Shown piece after piece: positions 19,624 through 28,748 of a stretch of DNA of 64,000 bases. Position numbers and translations under genes: made by a program. How positions within the stretch are numbered: position 1 is the stretch's first letter; each line of letters begins with the position of its first letter. A model generated the notes under the pieces. The model did no database searches and had not been told where the DNA came from. It saw only the letters and a list, made by a program, of their open reading frames with translations. Location of the stretch: assembly GCA_038228545.1 (NCBI GenBank), contig JBBRPE010000004.1, forward strand, positions 161 through 64,160. Direction: 5' to 3'. Origin of the DNA: Minisyncoccia bacterium (GTDB taxonomy: Bacteria; Patescibacteriota; Minisyncoccia; Phycocordibacterales; Phycocordibacteraceae).

Positions 19624-20952
19624 TCAGTCAACATCGCCCAAGTAGGGAAGAGGGAATATCTTCTTGCGATCTTCCGCTTGAAAAAGTGCGTCACGTCTCT
19701 TTTGTGAACCACTGCCGATACTGTGTCCTCGTGAGGCTATAACACCTGCTCGCGTAGCCTTCATAGAGGAACCAAGGTAGATGCTCCCTTGACCATATCT
19801 ATCCGTAAGTTCGTCTACTTTCTCAAAGAGACGCACCACTCCAGCAGCCTTCTTCGGATTGGTAAATAAATCCGGTTGGGATTCTTTTGATTCGTGCAGT
19901 CCAGTGAGCGTTACTCCTGTTGCTCGATAGCGAGTACCTTTTTGAAATACGTTTTGAAAATTCGGCTCGAGCGCCGCGAGAAGCTCGTGCGGCGCATTCG
20001 TAGCTTGTACGAGCTTAATCTCACATCCTTTGTAGCGGAATTCACTTGATTTAAGAAAGAACGATACGCCTTTAGCCACTAATCCGTGGTGTCGTGCCTT
20101 TACACACGCCGCTTCTATATTTTTTGAAAGTTGAGAATAGAGAAAATCAGCTTCGCTTGTGGAAGGAGAAAAGGTACGAGTCTTTTGGATTGAGTGATAA
20201 CTGTCTTTGGCTACCGTTGCAAGGTCATACACCGAAATACCGTTTAACTCCTGCCACGTTTCGATACCCGGCTTCGTTAGAAGAGTGCGTACCCATATTT
20301 CGTCTTTCTTCGCAAAATCGAGAGCAGTTTTAATTCCATGTTTGTTTAAAAGCTCCGCGGTATTGGGCCCAATGCCCCAAATATTTCCTATTTTCGTATT
20401 CTCAAGGTACCGGTCTTTCTCCATAAGACGTATGGGTGTAAAACCATCCGGTTTGGCATATTTCGAACCAACCTTCGCAAGTACTTTCGTGCACGCGAGT
20501 CCAACTGAGAAGGTAATATCAAGCTCACGCCGCAAATCATCTTTAATCTTTCGGGCGATTTCCTCATAGTTCATGTGGTGTACTCGTCGCATGCCGGTAA
20601 TGTCTCCAAAGCACTCATCGATACCGTACTCCTCTACCTCCGGAGTGTAACGCCGCATGATTTCATTCATGCGAATGGAATAGAGTGTGTAGAGCTCGTA
20701 GTCCGACGACACGATAATTGCTTCCGGACAAATCTTTTTTACATCAGCCAGACGTATGCCACGCGTAATTCCGCGAGCCTTTGCTTCGTAGGTGGCGGCA
20801 GAAACAATACCGCGCTCGGCACCGGTCACCACGGGCTTCCCACGTAGTGCTGGGTTGCGCGCCACTTCGCATGCGGCGAAGAAGGAATCGCCGTCTACAT
20901 GGATAATCGCACGCGGGTAGTGGTACGCCTTACCCCACCCAACCTCATTCAT
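19624..20952 (-). CDS. dinB: Y-family DNA polymerase IV (DinB/UmuC-like)
   Basis: IIHVDGDSFFAACE; ATYEAKARG; YGIDECF; AKVGSKYAKPDG; IWGIG. Confidence 0.92.
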   Translation of the reverse strand: MNEVGWGKAYHYPRAIIHVDGDSFFAACEVARNPALRGKPVVTGAERGIVSAATYEAKARGITRGIRLADVKKICPEAIIVSSDYELYTLYSIRMNEIMRRYTPEVEEYGIDECFGDITGMRRVHHMNYEEIARKIKDDLRRELDITFSVGLACTKVLAKVGSKYAKPDGFTPIRLMEKDRYLENTKIGNIWGIGPNTAELLNKHGIKTALDFAKKDEIWVRTLLTKPGIETWQELNGISVYDLATVAKDSYHSIQKTRTFSPSTSEADFLYSQLSKNIEAACVKARHHGLVAKGVSFFLKSSEFRYKGCEIKLVQATNAPHELLAALEPNFQNVFQKGTRYRATGVTLTGLHESKESQPDLFTNPKKAAGVVRLFEKVDELTDRYGQGSIYLGSSMKATRAGVIASRGHSIGSGSQKRRDALFQAEDRKKIFPLPYLGDVD

Positions 20953-21147
20953 ATGAATCGCGAAACTGTCGCGTGGCTTCGTCGTACATCCGGTTCATGA
21001 TTCCTATGAGGAGGCTGTGCTTACCGAACTGCTATGTGCTGACTCTGCAGAAAGCGGTGCCCTGTCTTGCGGCGTGTCTCGAATATCGCACGGTCCTGCC
21101 ATGCTCCTACTGACACCATGGACCTCACTAGTTCTTTGGTACTCATA

Positions 21148-21711
21148 TTAGTATTTGCGTACGACGCCGGTAACGACGGCCTCGATAGTTAAATTGCCCT
21201 TCGGATAAATCGGCTTGTACGCACTATTCGCAGGCTCGAGGAAATAGTGCTCCCCTGACTTCCGGAGGTATTTCATCGTGTATTCGCCCTCAATCGAGGC
21301 AATGACTATCTGCCCGACCTTTGCCGTACGACGCTCGACGATGACGAGATCACCCGGGCATATGCCGGCGTCTATCATGCTTTCCCCCTTCACTTTGAGA
21401 ACATAACTCGATTCCTTGTTGGGTGTCAGATATTCGTCAAAGTCCATGACATCGAGCAGCTCTTCCTCAGCAGAGGAGGGGAAGCCAGCTTCCACAAGGC
21501 CGAGTAGTGGAATACCCGCGAGCGTGCGCCCTGGTGAAAGCCGACCTTCGCGATCTTTGGCAAGTACGCCTTCCTCGACTAATTTATTAATAAGCTTATA
21601 GACCGAGTTCTTCGAGGCAAGACCTGTTGCCTCCATGATTTCCTTATAGCCGGGCATGCGCTTGTGGCGCTCCCAGAATCCAATGACTTTTCGTTTATAA
21701 GTGTCGTACAC
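21148..21711 (-). CDS. lexA: LexA family repressor (wHTH + S24 peptidase)
   Basis: N-terminal wHTH; VEAGFP cleavage site; VKGESM (Ser) and TMK (Lys) catalytic residues. Confidence 0.88.
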   Translation of the reverse strand: MYDTYKRKVIGFWERHKRMPGYKEIMEATGLASKNSVYKLINKLVEEGVLAKDREGRLSPGRTLAGIPLLGLVEAGFPSSAEEELLDVMDFDEYLTPNKESSYVLKVKGESMIDAGICPGDLVIVERRTAKVGQIVIASIEGEYTMKYLRKSGEHYFLEPANSAYKPIYPKGNLTIEAVVTGVVRKY

Positions 21712-21720
21712 GGTCTTTCC

Positions 21721-21745
21721 AGTATAGGTGAACTGTGGTTCACCT
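21721..21745 (-). promoter_or_regulatory. Putative SOS box AGGTGAAC-N4-GTTCACCT abutting the lexA -10
   Basis: Perfect 8-bp inverted repeat at 21726-21745; TATACT on the minus strand at 21721-21726. Confidence 0.7.
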
Positions 21746-21805
21746 GCAAGTTGTGGATAGCTGACAGTGGTACAATCTGGCTATACCAACTTCGAATTCT
21801 TATCT

Positions 21806-22021
21806 ATGAAGACCATGACTTGTGCTCAAATGGGCGGCATGTGCGATACCGCGGTTAGTGCTGAAACCAAGGACGAAATGATGGCTAAGGGTATGGAGCA
21901 TCTCGACGCAGCTCATCCGGAAATGGCGGCAACTGTTAAATCTATGGCTCATGACGACCCTATGATGGTCGCGTGGGTAGAGAAATTCAACGCAGACTGG
22001 GAGGCTGCTCCTGAGGTCTAG
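21806..22021 (+). CDS. DUF1059-like small metal-binding protein
   Basis: MKTMTC..MGG.C.....AET.DE......H...H. Confidence 0.75.
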   Translation: MKTMTCAQMGGMCDTAVSAETKDEMMAKGMEHLDAAHPEMAATVKSMAHDDPMMVAWVEKFNADWEAAPEV

Positions 22022-22035
22022 TACAAACGACTACA

Positions 22036-22073
22036 GAATGACAAAAGCGCTCACTCGAGCGCTTTTGTCATTC
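22036..22073. terminator. Bidirectional terminator
   Basis: GAATGACAAAAGCGCTC / GAGCGCTTTTGTCATTC between convergent genes. Confidence 0.8.
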
Positions 22074-22661
22074 GCGACCCTTCTTGTTTCTAAAAATAAA
22101 ATAGAAGAATAGATAGCTAAGGATGACGACAGCCACTAACATGCCAAGCGCGAACGAGGCAATACGCGCATCTGCCTCCCATGCCGCACCGATGTAGTAT
22201 CCGACAGAAAGATATACCGCACAGCAGAGTAGGTTTCCGAGCGTATCAAAAATGAGGTACGTTACTCGTGACGTTTGCGAGAGGCCAACTATTGCGTTCG
22301 CTGGTGTTCCGGCAAAGCCGACAAGGCGTGAAAGAAATATAGTCGCTTCCGGATAGCGGCCGACATATCCTTCAAGACGGCTTGCAAGTGAACTATTTTT
22401 TACGTAGCGTCGGTATCCTTGATGCTTTCCGAGGCGACGAGAAATAGAGAACACAATGTAATCGCCGATGACGCTGGCGAGTGTCGAGACGACGAGAAGA
22501 TACCAGAAATTAAAATATCCCTGGTGCACGAGTGCACCCATCGCGATGAGAAGTATGCCAACCGGTAGAAAAGTTGAAAGTTCACTCGCAACAACTATGG
22601 CAAATAGCGCGATGTACCCGTACTGCAGTATGTAGAGAAGTTCGACGTGGGAGAAGCCCAT
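22068..22661 (-). CDS. DedA family membrane protein
   Basis: GD...F.ISRRLG; IFLSRLV; F...GN.L motifs. Confidence 0.88.
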   Translation of the reverse strand: MGFSHVELLYILQYGYIALFAIVVASELSTFLPVGILLIAMGALVHQGYFNFWYLLVVSTLASVIGDYIVFSISRRLGKHQGYRRYVKNSSLASRLEGYVGRYPEATIFLSRLVGFAGTPANAIVGLSQTSRVTYLIFDTLGNLLCCAVYLSVGYYIGAAWEADARIASFALGMLVAVVILSYLFFYFIFRNKKGRE

Positions 22662-22694
22662 GTCGACGAGTATACCCTAGAGCACTCTGGAGAA

Positions 22695-25600
22695 TTAATG
22701 AGATGTGGCGTCCTCTCCCGCAAAGCGAGCGAGCACATCTTTACCTGGCCAACGGTAGTAGAGCATAGGTATAAGTACGAGCGTAAGAAGAAGCGAGAAA
22801 GCGAGACCAGCCATGATGGCGAAGGCGAGTGGAGCCCAGAATGCACTCGCAAGGGTGAGGGGAATCATACCTACGACGGTTACGACGGTGGTGAGTAGGA
22901 TTGGACGAAGACGAGTCGAAGCAGCTTCGACGACCACCTCTTCAAGATTCATTTCCGGATGCTCGTTATGGATGCGAGCGATAGAGTCCATGAGAATAAT
23001 GGCGTGGTTGATGATGACGCCGGCAAGTGCAATGACTCCCAACATCGAAGTAAGAGAAAGCGGTTGACCTACGAGCGAGAGACCTGCGAACACCCCGATA
23101 AGCGAGAGCGGAATGATAAGAAGCAGATAAAGGGAGTGGCGGAAGGAGTTGAATTCAAGAACGAGAATAGTAAGCATCAGCGCTGCACCAGCAACAAGTG
23201 CAAGAAATAGTTCGGTAAATGATTTCGTAACGTCTGCTGATGCGCCGCCGAGATCCATCGTTACTCCGGTGCCTATCATGTCGGGAGTGAATTTCTTCTG
23301 GAATGTCTTCGTGACCTCAATAGCGTTTGCCTTCGCACTGACATCAGCAGTGACGGTCGTAATGCGGTTGCCTGCCTGGTGGTTAATCGCAGATTGTGCT
23401 GGCTCATACGTGATGTTTGCAATCGTTGAAAGAGGAACGGGACCTTTAGCGCCCGGCACGGTAAGTGCTCGCACTGAATCAATAGTTGTGTGTGTCGTCT
23501 CCGACGGGTCTTTGTAGTTTGGATTCAAATCAAGTTTCGTGCGTACTTCGATGTCGTCCTTACCGGTGCGTATGGAGGTAGCTTTTGCACTATAGAGTGC
23601 GGTACGAAGCGTGTCGGCGACGACCGCAGGCGAAACACCGAGCTCAGTCGCTTTTGCACTATCGAGCGCTACAACGAACTCTGCCGAGGAAGTCTTCGTG
23701 CTTGAGTTTATGTTCACTACACCGGGAATGTCGGCGAGTATATGTGCTGCGTTGTCTGCGGTAGTCGCAAGCGCGCCCAGGTCCTGGCCCGAGAACGTAA
23801 TGGTGACTGGAGAAGAGGAAGGTGGTCCGCCCTGCGGCTCGCCGACCGTAATGGTGGCTGAGCTTATACCCGCGAGCTGCTTACGGAGTTCGGTTACAAA
23901 CTGCGCACTTGTTTCTCGGTGTCCCTTCGGAAGATTCACCGTAATGTTGCCGACACTCGAACCAGAAGAAGGTCCGGTAAGGCCGCCCCCTGCAAATGAG
24001 CTTCCAGCACCAGACTCGCTTACAAAGGAAGCAACGTGTTTATTGGCGTAGAGTACTTCTTCAGCCTCACGCACCGAGAGGTCGGTTACGGTGAGTTCCG
24101 TGCCCTGGGGTTTTTCTATCTGAACGTAGACATAATCCGAATCAGCACCGGGGAAGAATATTGATTTGAGAATGCCGGTCGCAGGAAGTGCGAGCGCAAG
24201 TATGAAAAGCACACCCATGGCGATAAGGAATCGGTTCTGATTCTGCTTGTTGTTGAGTAACTTATGCAAGAAGCCTCGGTACCAGGTCTTTGCCATCTGG
24301 TTGTACTTTTCCTGACGACGTTCTATTTCAGAGTGCGTCGGCTTTACAAAGAAGACAGCGAGGAGCGGCACAAAGCCGAGTGCAACAAAGATGCTCGCGA
24401 GGAGTACAAAGATGACGGTGAATGGTATAGATGCGAGAAACTTTCCAACAATGCCGGACAGGAAAAAGAGCGGTATGAATACCACGATAGTGGTGAACGT
24501 GCCGGCGATAAGCGGCCATGCGTATTCTCGGATAGCGGCGACCGCAGCGTCGTGCTTATTTCCAGATTTAAGTAAGCGTGTGTGGAATGCTTCCACCACC
24601 ACGATGCCGGAATCGACCAGGATTCCGATTGCAAGGATGAGCGAGAAAAGAGATACGTTGTTGAGTGTGTTTCCGGAAGCCTGCAAACCAATGAACGCGA
24701 CGAGGAATGAAAGTGGAATGGATGCCGCCGCCACAAGTGACTCGCGCCAGCCGAGTGTGAGAAGCAGTACGAGCATAACGAGCGCAACGGTCTCGAGACC
24801 TGCGCGCGTAAGCTCGGTGAGGCTCTTGTTTACTTCCTCGGCACCATTGAATGAAATAACAGTCTCAGTGCCGGCAAGAATGCCACCCTTCTTAAGTTCA
24901 TCAAGCTTCTTCTCGACCGCATGACCGGTATCCACAATGTTTCCACCGCGCGATTTGTAGATAGTGAGTGTGAGCGACGGGTTCGCTGGTTTTCCGGCAA
25001 GAGAAACGCGGGAGTAGGTGGTCGCGTCCTCAAGACCGTCCACAACGTCAGCGACGTCGCGTACATGAAGCGCTGTGCCTCCCGGTCCTGGGATAGCAAC
25101 ACCCGCTACTTGGTCCGTTGTGGTTACACCCGACTCGAATCGCACTGCGTAATTTACTCCGTCAACCGTGATAGCTCCGGCGGGGGAAGCAATACCTGCG
25201 GCGCGGATAGCGTTTGTAACGTCTGAAAGAGAGAGATTGTACTGCCGTAAACGTTCCTGTTTTACGATGACTTGCACTTGGCGAGCGCGCACACCAGAAA
25301 TACCCACCTTCGACACACCGGCGATACGCTTTACTTCGTCCGAAACGGATTCACCGAGTGCAGTCAATTCCTGAGGAGCGAGATTTCCAGAAACGGAAAC
25401 GATGAGAATAGGCTGGTCGGCGAAGTTAACATCTGACACAGTCGGTGCGAGTGCTTCGGTGGGAAGGTTCGGGCGAACTTTGTCGACGGCGTCCTTGAGA
25501 AGCTGAATGGACTTATCGATATTTGCTGATGCATCAAACTCTACAGAAACTTGTGATATACCGTCGCCTGATGTGGAAGTGACCTTGGAAACATGTTCAA

Positions 25601-25823
25601 CACCAAGCACGCCGCTTTCGATTTTATCGGTAACGAGCCGCTCAGTGTCCGCAGCAGAAGCTCCGGGAAGAGCGGTTACGATAACGCCGAGTGGAATGGC
25701 TATATCCGGCGTAGCCTCCTTTGGTATGCCCGCAACCGAGTAGAGACCGGCGGCAAGAAGTGCCACCATAAGAAAGACGGTGAAGTGATGCTTTTTGAGG
25801 AAAAAGCTCCAGAATTTTGTCAT
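22695..25823 (-). CDS. RND efflux permease (AcrB/CzcA family)
   Basis: 1042 aa; ILAIGILVDSGIVVVE; RLRPILLTT; two large extracytoplasmic loops. Confidence 0.95.
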   Translation of the reverse strand: MTKFWSFFLKKHHFTVFLMVALLAAGLYSVAGIPKEATPDIAIPLGVIVTALPGASAADTERLVTDKIESGVLGVEHVSKVTSTSGDGISQVSVEFDASANIDKSIQLLKDAVDKVRPNLPTEALAPTVSDVNFADQPILIVSVSGNLAPQELTALGESVSDEVKRIAGVSKVGISGVRARQVQVIVKQERLRQYNLSLSDVTNAIRAAGIASPAGAITVDGVNYAVRFESGVTTTDQVAGVAIPGPGGTALHVRDVADVVDGLEDATTYSRVSLAGKPANPSLTLTIYKSRGGNIVDTGHAVEKKLDELKKGGILAGTETVISFNGAEEVNKSLTELTRAGLETVALVMLVLLLTLGWRESLVAAASIPLSFLVAFIGLQASGNTLNNVSLFSLILAIGILVDSGIVVVEAFHTRLLKSGNKHDAAVAAIREYAWPLIAGTFTTIVVFIPLFFLSGIVGKFLASIPFTVIFVLLASIFVALGFVPLLAVFFVKPTHSEIERRQEKYNQMAKTWYRGFLHKLLNNKQNQNRFLIAMGVLFILALALPATGILKSIFFPGADSDYVYVQIEKPQGTELTVTDLSVREAEEVLYANKHVASFVSESGAGSSFAGGGLTGPSSGSSVGNITVNLPKGHRETSAQFVTELRKQLAGISSATITVGEPQGGPPSSSPVTITFSGQDLGALATTADNAAHILADIPGVVNINSSTKTSSAEFVVALDSAKATELGVSPAVVADTLRTALYSAKATSIRTGKDDIEVRTKLDLNPNYKDPSETTHTTIDSVRALTVPGAKGPVPLSTIANITYEPAQSAINHQAGNRITTVTADVSAKANAIEVTKTFQKKFTPDMIGTGVTMDLGGASADVTKSFTELFLALVAGAALMLTILVLEFNSFRHSLYLLLIIPLSLIGVFAGLSLVGQPLSLTSMLGVIALAGVIINHAIILMDSIARIHNEHPEMNLEEVVVEAASTRLRPILLTTVVTVVGMIPLTLASAFWAPLAFAIMAGLAFSLLLTLVLIPMLYYRWPGKDVLARFAGEDATSH

Positions 25824-25844
25824 AAGGATGCGGGCAGGGTTACG

Positions 25845-27395
25845 CTACTGCGTTACCGTAGTTGCTACGTTTACCTTCTGTCCCTCAGAAAGTCCGCGTG
25901 CATCGGTGACGATACGAAGATCTGTCGGAAGGGAAGAGGTTATTTCAATCCGGTCGCCACGTACATTGCCGATATCGACCGAATGTGCGACAAGCTTCCC
26001 GTCTTCGCCGACGGAAAATACGACGCGCGCCGACGGGGTGAGCTTGAGCGTCGTGAGTGGAAGAAGAAGCGGACCAGTCGAGGTTGCAGATGAAACAACG
26101 GGAGCGCCCGGAAGGGCGATACGTACCGACTGACCGTTTACGAGATCACTCGTGCCCGTAAGTGCTACGTGTACTTCAATTTGTTTCGTCACCGGGTCAA
26201 GAGCTGGAGCAATCGAAGTAACGGTTGCTGGATACTTGTCTTCAATCATCACTTTGGTTCCGACGGTAAGAAGCGCGCGCGTGTCTTCCGATACGTAGGC
26301 GACAATCTCGAGTGCGCCGTTCTGCGCTACGGTAGCAACGTGGGTGAAAGCAGTTACATAGTCGCCTACGTGAATAGAAAGAAAGTTGACGGTGCCGCCG
26401 ATGGGAGCACGGACGAGCGTTTTCTCAAACTGGGCCTGTGCTGCTCGAAGTGACCCAAGTGCAATCTTCACACTTGCATCTGCCCCCGCTGTTGCTTGCG
26501 TGCCCTGGCTTTGGTTTACCTGCTTTGCTGCGGTAATGCCTGCTTGGAGCGAAGCAAGACTTGCGCGCGCTGTCGCGAGCGAAGCGAGCTGTGTGGCGTT
26601 TGCGTCCGAACCCGGCTTTGTAGCTGTGGCAGCAATGTCGGTAACGAGTGCGCTCGCTTGGCGGACGTCGGCGTCCGCTTCGCTTAAGAGTGTCGGTGCA
26701 TCAACAGAAGATGCCGAAGCGAGATGTGCGCGCCAGGTATTCATTGCATACGTGAGCGCTTGGCGCTTCAGTGGGAAGTAGCTGAAATCATAGGGCGAGG
26801 GAGAAATGAGGAACTGCGGTCCTTGTGGTCCCGGATTTCCATAAAATGCGTCGACATTGGTCTTCAAAATAGAATCGAGCGAATTATACGCAGCGGTGTA
26901 GGTATTGAGAGCGCTGGTAGCGATGTCGGTTGGGGACGCACTGGAGCGCGCAGCAATAGCCGCGTCGTACGAACCTTCTGCCTGAAGGACTGCGGCGCGT
27001 TGGCTCGCGTTATCAAGCTCCGCAATTACAAAACCTACCGGTACGCTTGAGCCAACATGTGTATGAATACCGGTCACGGTTCCGCCTGACTGTGCGAGTA
27101 GGTCTGCCTCAGTTATGGAGCGTACCGAGCCGATAACACCGACGGAAGATGTATTGCCGGACAGATCTGAAACGGGAGCAAGTGTGACGGTTGGAACGCT
27201 GTTGTCAGTCGTTGCGGCAGAGCCCAAATTAGAAAGGAATGAGACTACTGCAAAGAGCGCGACGACGACGACGACAGCGATAAGTGCCTGGAGCCAGAGC
27301 GCAAGTGCGCGAAAACGCTTCCACGTACGGCGAAGGAATGTTTTCACCGGTGCGAGCCGGTTTGTGAGAGAACGGAGAGAGAAGATGCGTGCCAT
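25845..27395 (-). CDS. RND membrane fusion protein (HlyD family adaptor)
   Basis: N-terminal TM, lipoyl halves (GTVTGI..VG; APIGGTV), long helical hairpin, LSEGQKV. Confidence 0.88.
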   Translation of the reverse strand: MARIFSLRSLTNRLAPVKTFLRRTWKRFRALALWLQALIAVVVVVALFAVVSFLSNLGSAATTDNSVPTVTLAPVSDLSGNTSSVGVIGSVRSITEADLLAQSGGTVTGIHTHVGSSVPVGFVIAELDNASQRAAVLQAEGSYDAAIAARSSASPTDIATSALNTYTAAYNSLDSILKTNVDAFYGNPGPQGPQFLISPSPYDFSYFPLKRQALTYAMNTWRAHLASASSVDAPTLLSEADADVRQASALVTDIAATATKPGSDANATQLASLATARASLASLQAGITAAKQVNQSQGTQATAGADASVKIALGSLRAAQAQFEKTLVRAPIGGTVNFLSIHVGDYVTAFTHVATVAQNGALEIVAYVSEDTRALLTVGTKVMIEDKYPATVTSIAPALDPVTKQIEVHVALTGTSDLVNGQSVRIALPGAPVVSSATSTGPLLLPLTTLKLTPSARVVFSVGEDGKLVAHSVDIGNVRGDRIEITSSLPTDLRIVTDARGLSEGQKVNVATTVTQ

Positions 27396-27615
27396 AGGGT
27401 ATATAAGGTATGGGCAGAATATACCTTAAAGTGCGTAATTAGTCAATTTCTAGGCCGTATATCGTCTTCCTGGATACTTCATGTATGTACTGGCATACTC
27501 GTTTCAGAACGAAAACGCTGGACGTCAAGCCAAAAGCGAGTAGTGTGAGCACTAGCGAACGGAAATGTCGTCCGGCCAGCCCAGGTCATATATAAGGTAG
27601 TAAAGAAAATTATCC

Positions 27616-28641
27616 ATGATTCATACATTCATAGCTCACCGCATCGTTGCAACAGTTGCGATGCCAATCGTCGCCGCAGGCGGCTGGGCAGGCTACAACG
27701 CCTACCAGAACCCAAACCAATATCAGCAGAACCAGTATCCGCAGTACCAGAGTACGAACGGACAGCTTTCCTCATACGCTGTAGACGCTCCAAGCCAACT
27801 TTCCATCGGACAGTCGGGCACGTGGACGGTACGTGTTGTAGGAAACACTTACAACGGTGGCCAGCTCCACTACTCGGTGCAGTGGGGAGACGAGAACATG
27901 GGTGGTACTACCTATGCTGCAAATAGTTATTATTCTGCGCAGACCGTTAACTCGTCCGGCTCATTCACGCACGTCTACAACGTTGCGGGTACGTTCCGTC
28001 CGATTTTTACGGTAACGGATGACTATGGACATGCTACTCAGGCAAGTGCCTCTACTCTTGTTACCGGAAACGGAGCTTATGGAAATGGTGGTAACGGCGG
28101 CACTACTGGCTACTGCCCACAAGGCTACTACTTCCAGAATGGCTACTGCTATGCCAACAACTCGAACGGCGGCTACAACGGAACTACCGGAAACAACTCA
28201 GCGTACTGCAATAGTAACGCTGGATGGTATGACCGAAACTGTGGCCACACGAACGGAGGCAACACGGGCGGCTACACCGGTGGCTACACGAGCGGCACGG
28301 GGAATTATCCTTCCGGCTGCACGACGTTTTACGACCGCGACTGCTACGTAAATAACCAGTACGTCGGACCAAGCTTCGGCGGTTCCGGAACTACTTACAA
28401 CGGTCCTGGCGATACGTGCTACTACCTCAATGGTCAGTGGCAGGGTAACTGCTCAAATACGAGCGGAACTAACGGTAGTTACAATTCCGGCTACAACCGT
28501 GGTTACAACGGAGGAAACTATAATTCGGGTTACAACTCCAGTCCTAATGGACAGAACACACTCGGCGGACCAAATGGCGTAGATTACAGTTGTTACTACG
28601 ACCGTGCGTGCCTCGCGCAATCGCAGGGACGCGGTTTCTAA
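27616..28641 (+). CDS. Secreted Gly/Asn/Tyr-rich protein with PKD-like domain and YDRxC repeats
   Basis: Hydrophobic N-terminus; 'YSVQWGDE...FTHVYNVAGTF...FTVTD' PKD motif; low-complexity C-terminal half. Confidence 0.75.
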   Translation: MIHTFIAHRIVATVAMPIVAAGGWAGYNAYQNPNQYQQNQYPQYQSTNGQLSSYAVDAPSQLSIGQSGTWTVRVVGNTYNGGQLHYSVQWGDENMGGTTYAANSYYSAQTVNSSGSFTHVYNVAGTFRPIFTVTDDYGHATQASASTLVTGNGAYGNGGNGGTTGYCPQGYYFQNGYCYANNSNGGYNGTTGNNSAYCNSNAGWYDRNCGHTNGGNTGGYTGGYTSGTGNYPSGCTTFYDRDCYVNNQYVGPSFGGSGTTYNGPGDTCYYLNGQWQGNCSNTSGTNGSYNSGYNRGYNGGNYNSGYNSSPNGQNTLGGPNGVDYSCYYDRACLAQSQGRGF

Positions 28642-28650
28642 CCGATCCAC

Positions 28651-28689
28651 AAATAGAAAAGCGCTCGCACCGCGAGCGCTTTTCTATTT
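28651..28689 (+). terminator. Intrinsic terminator
   Basis: AAATAGAAAAGCGCTCGC / GCGAGCGCTTTTCTATTT. Confidence 0.8.
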
Positions 28690-28748
28690 CCAGGCTCTCT
28701 GCACGGTATCCACTCGAGTATTCGGCTTCGGGCGTGTAGCATGGAGAG

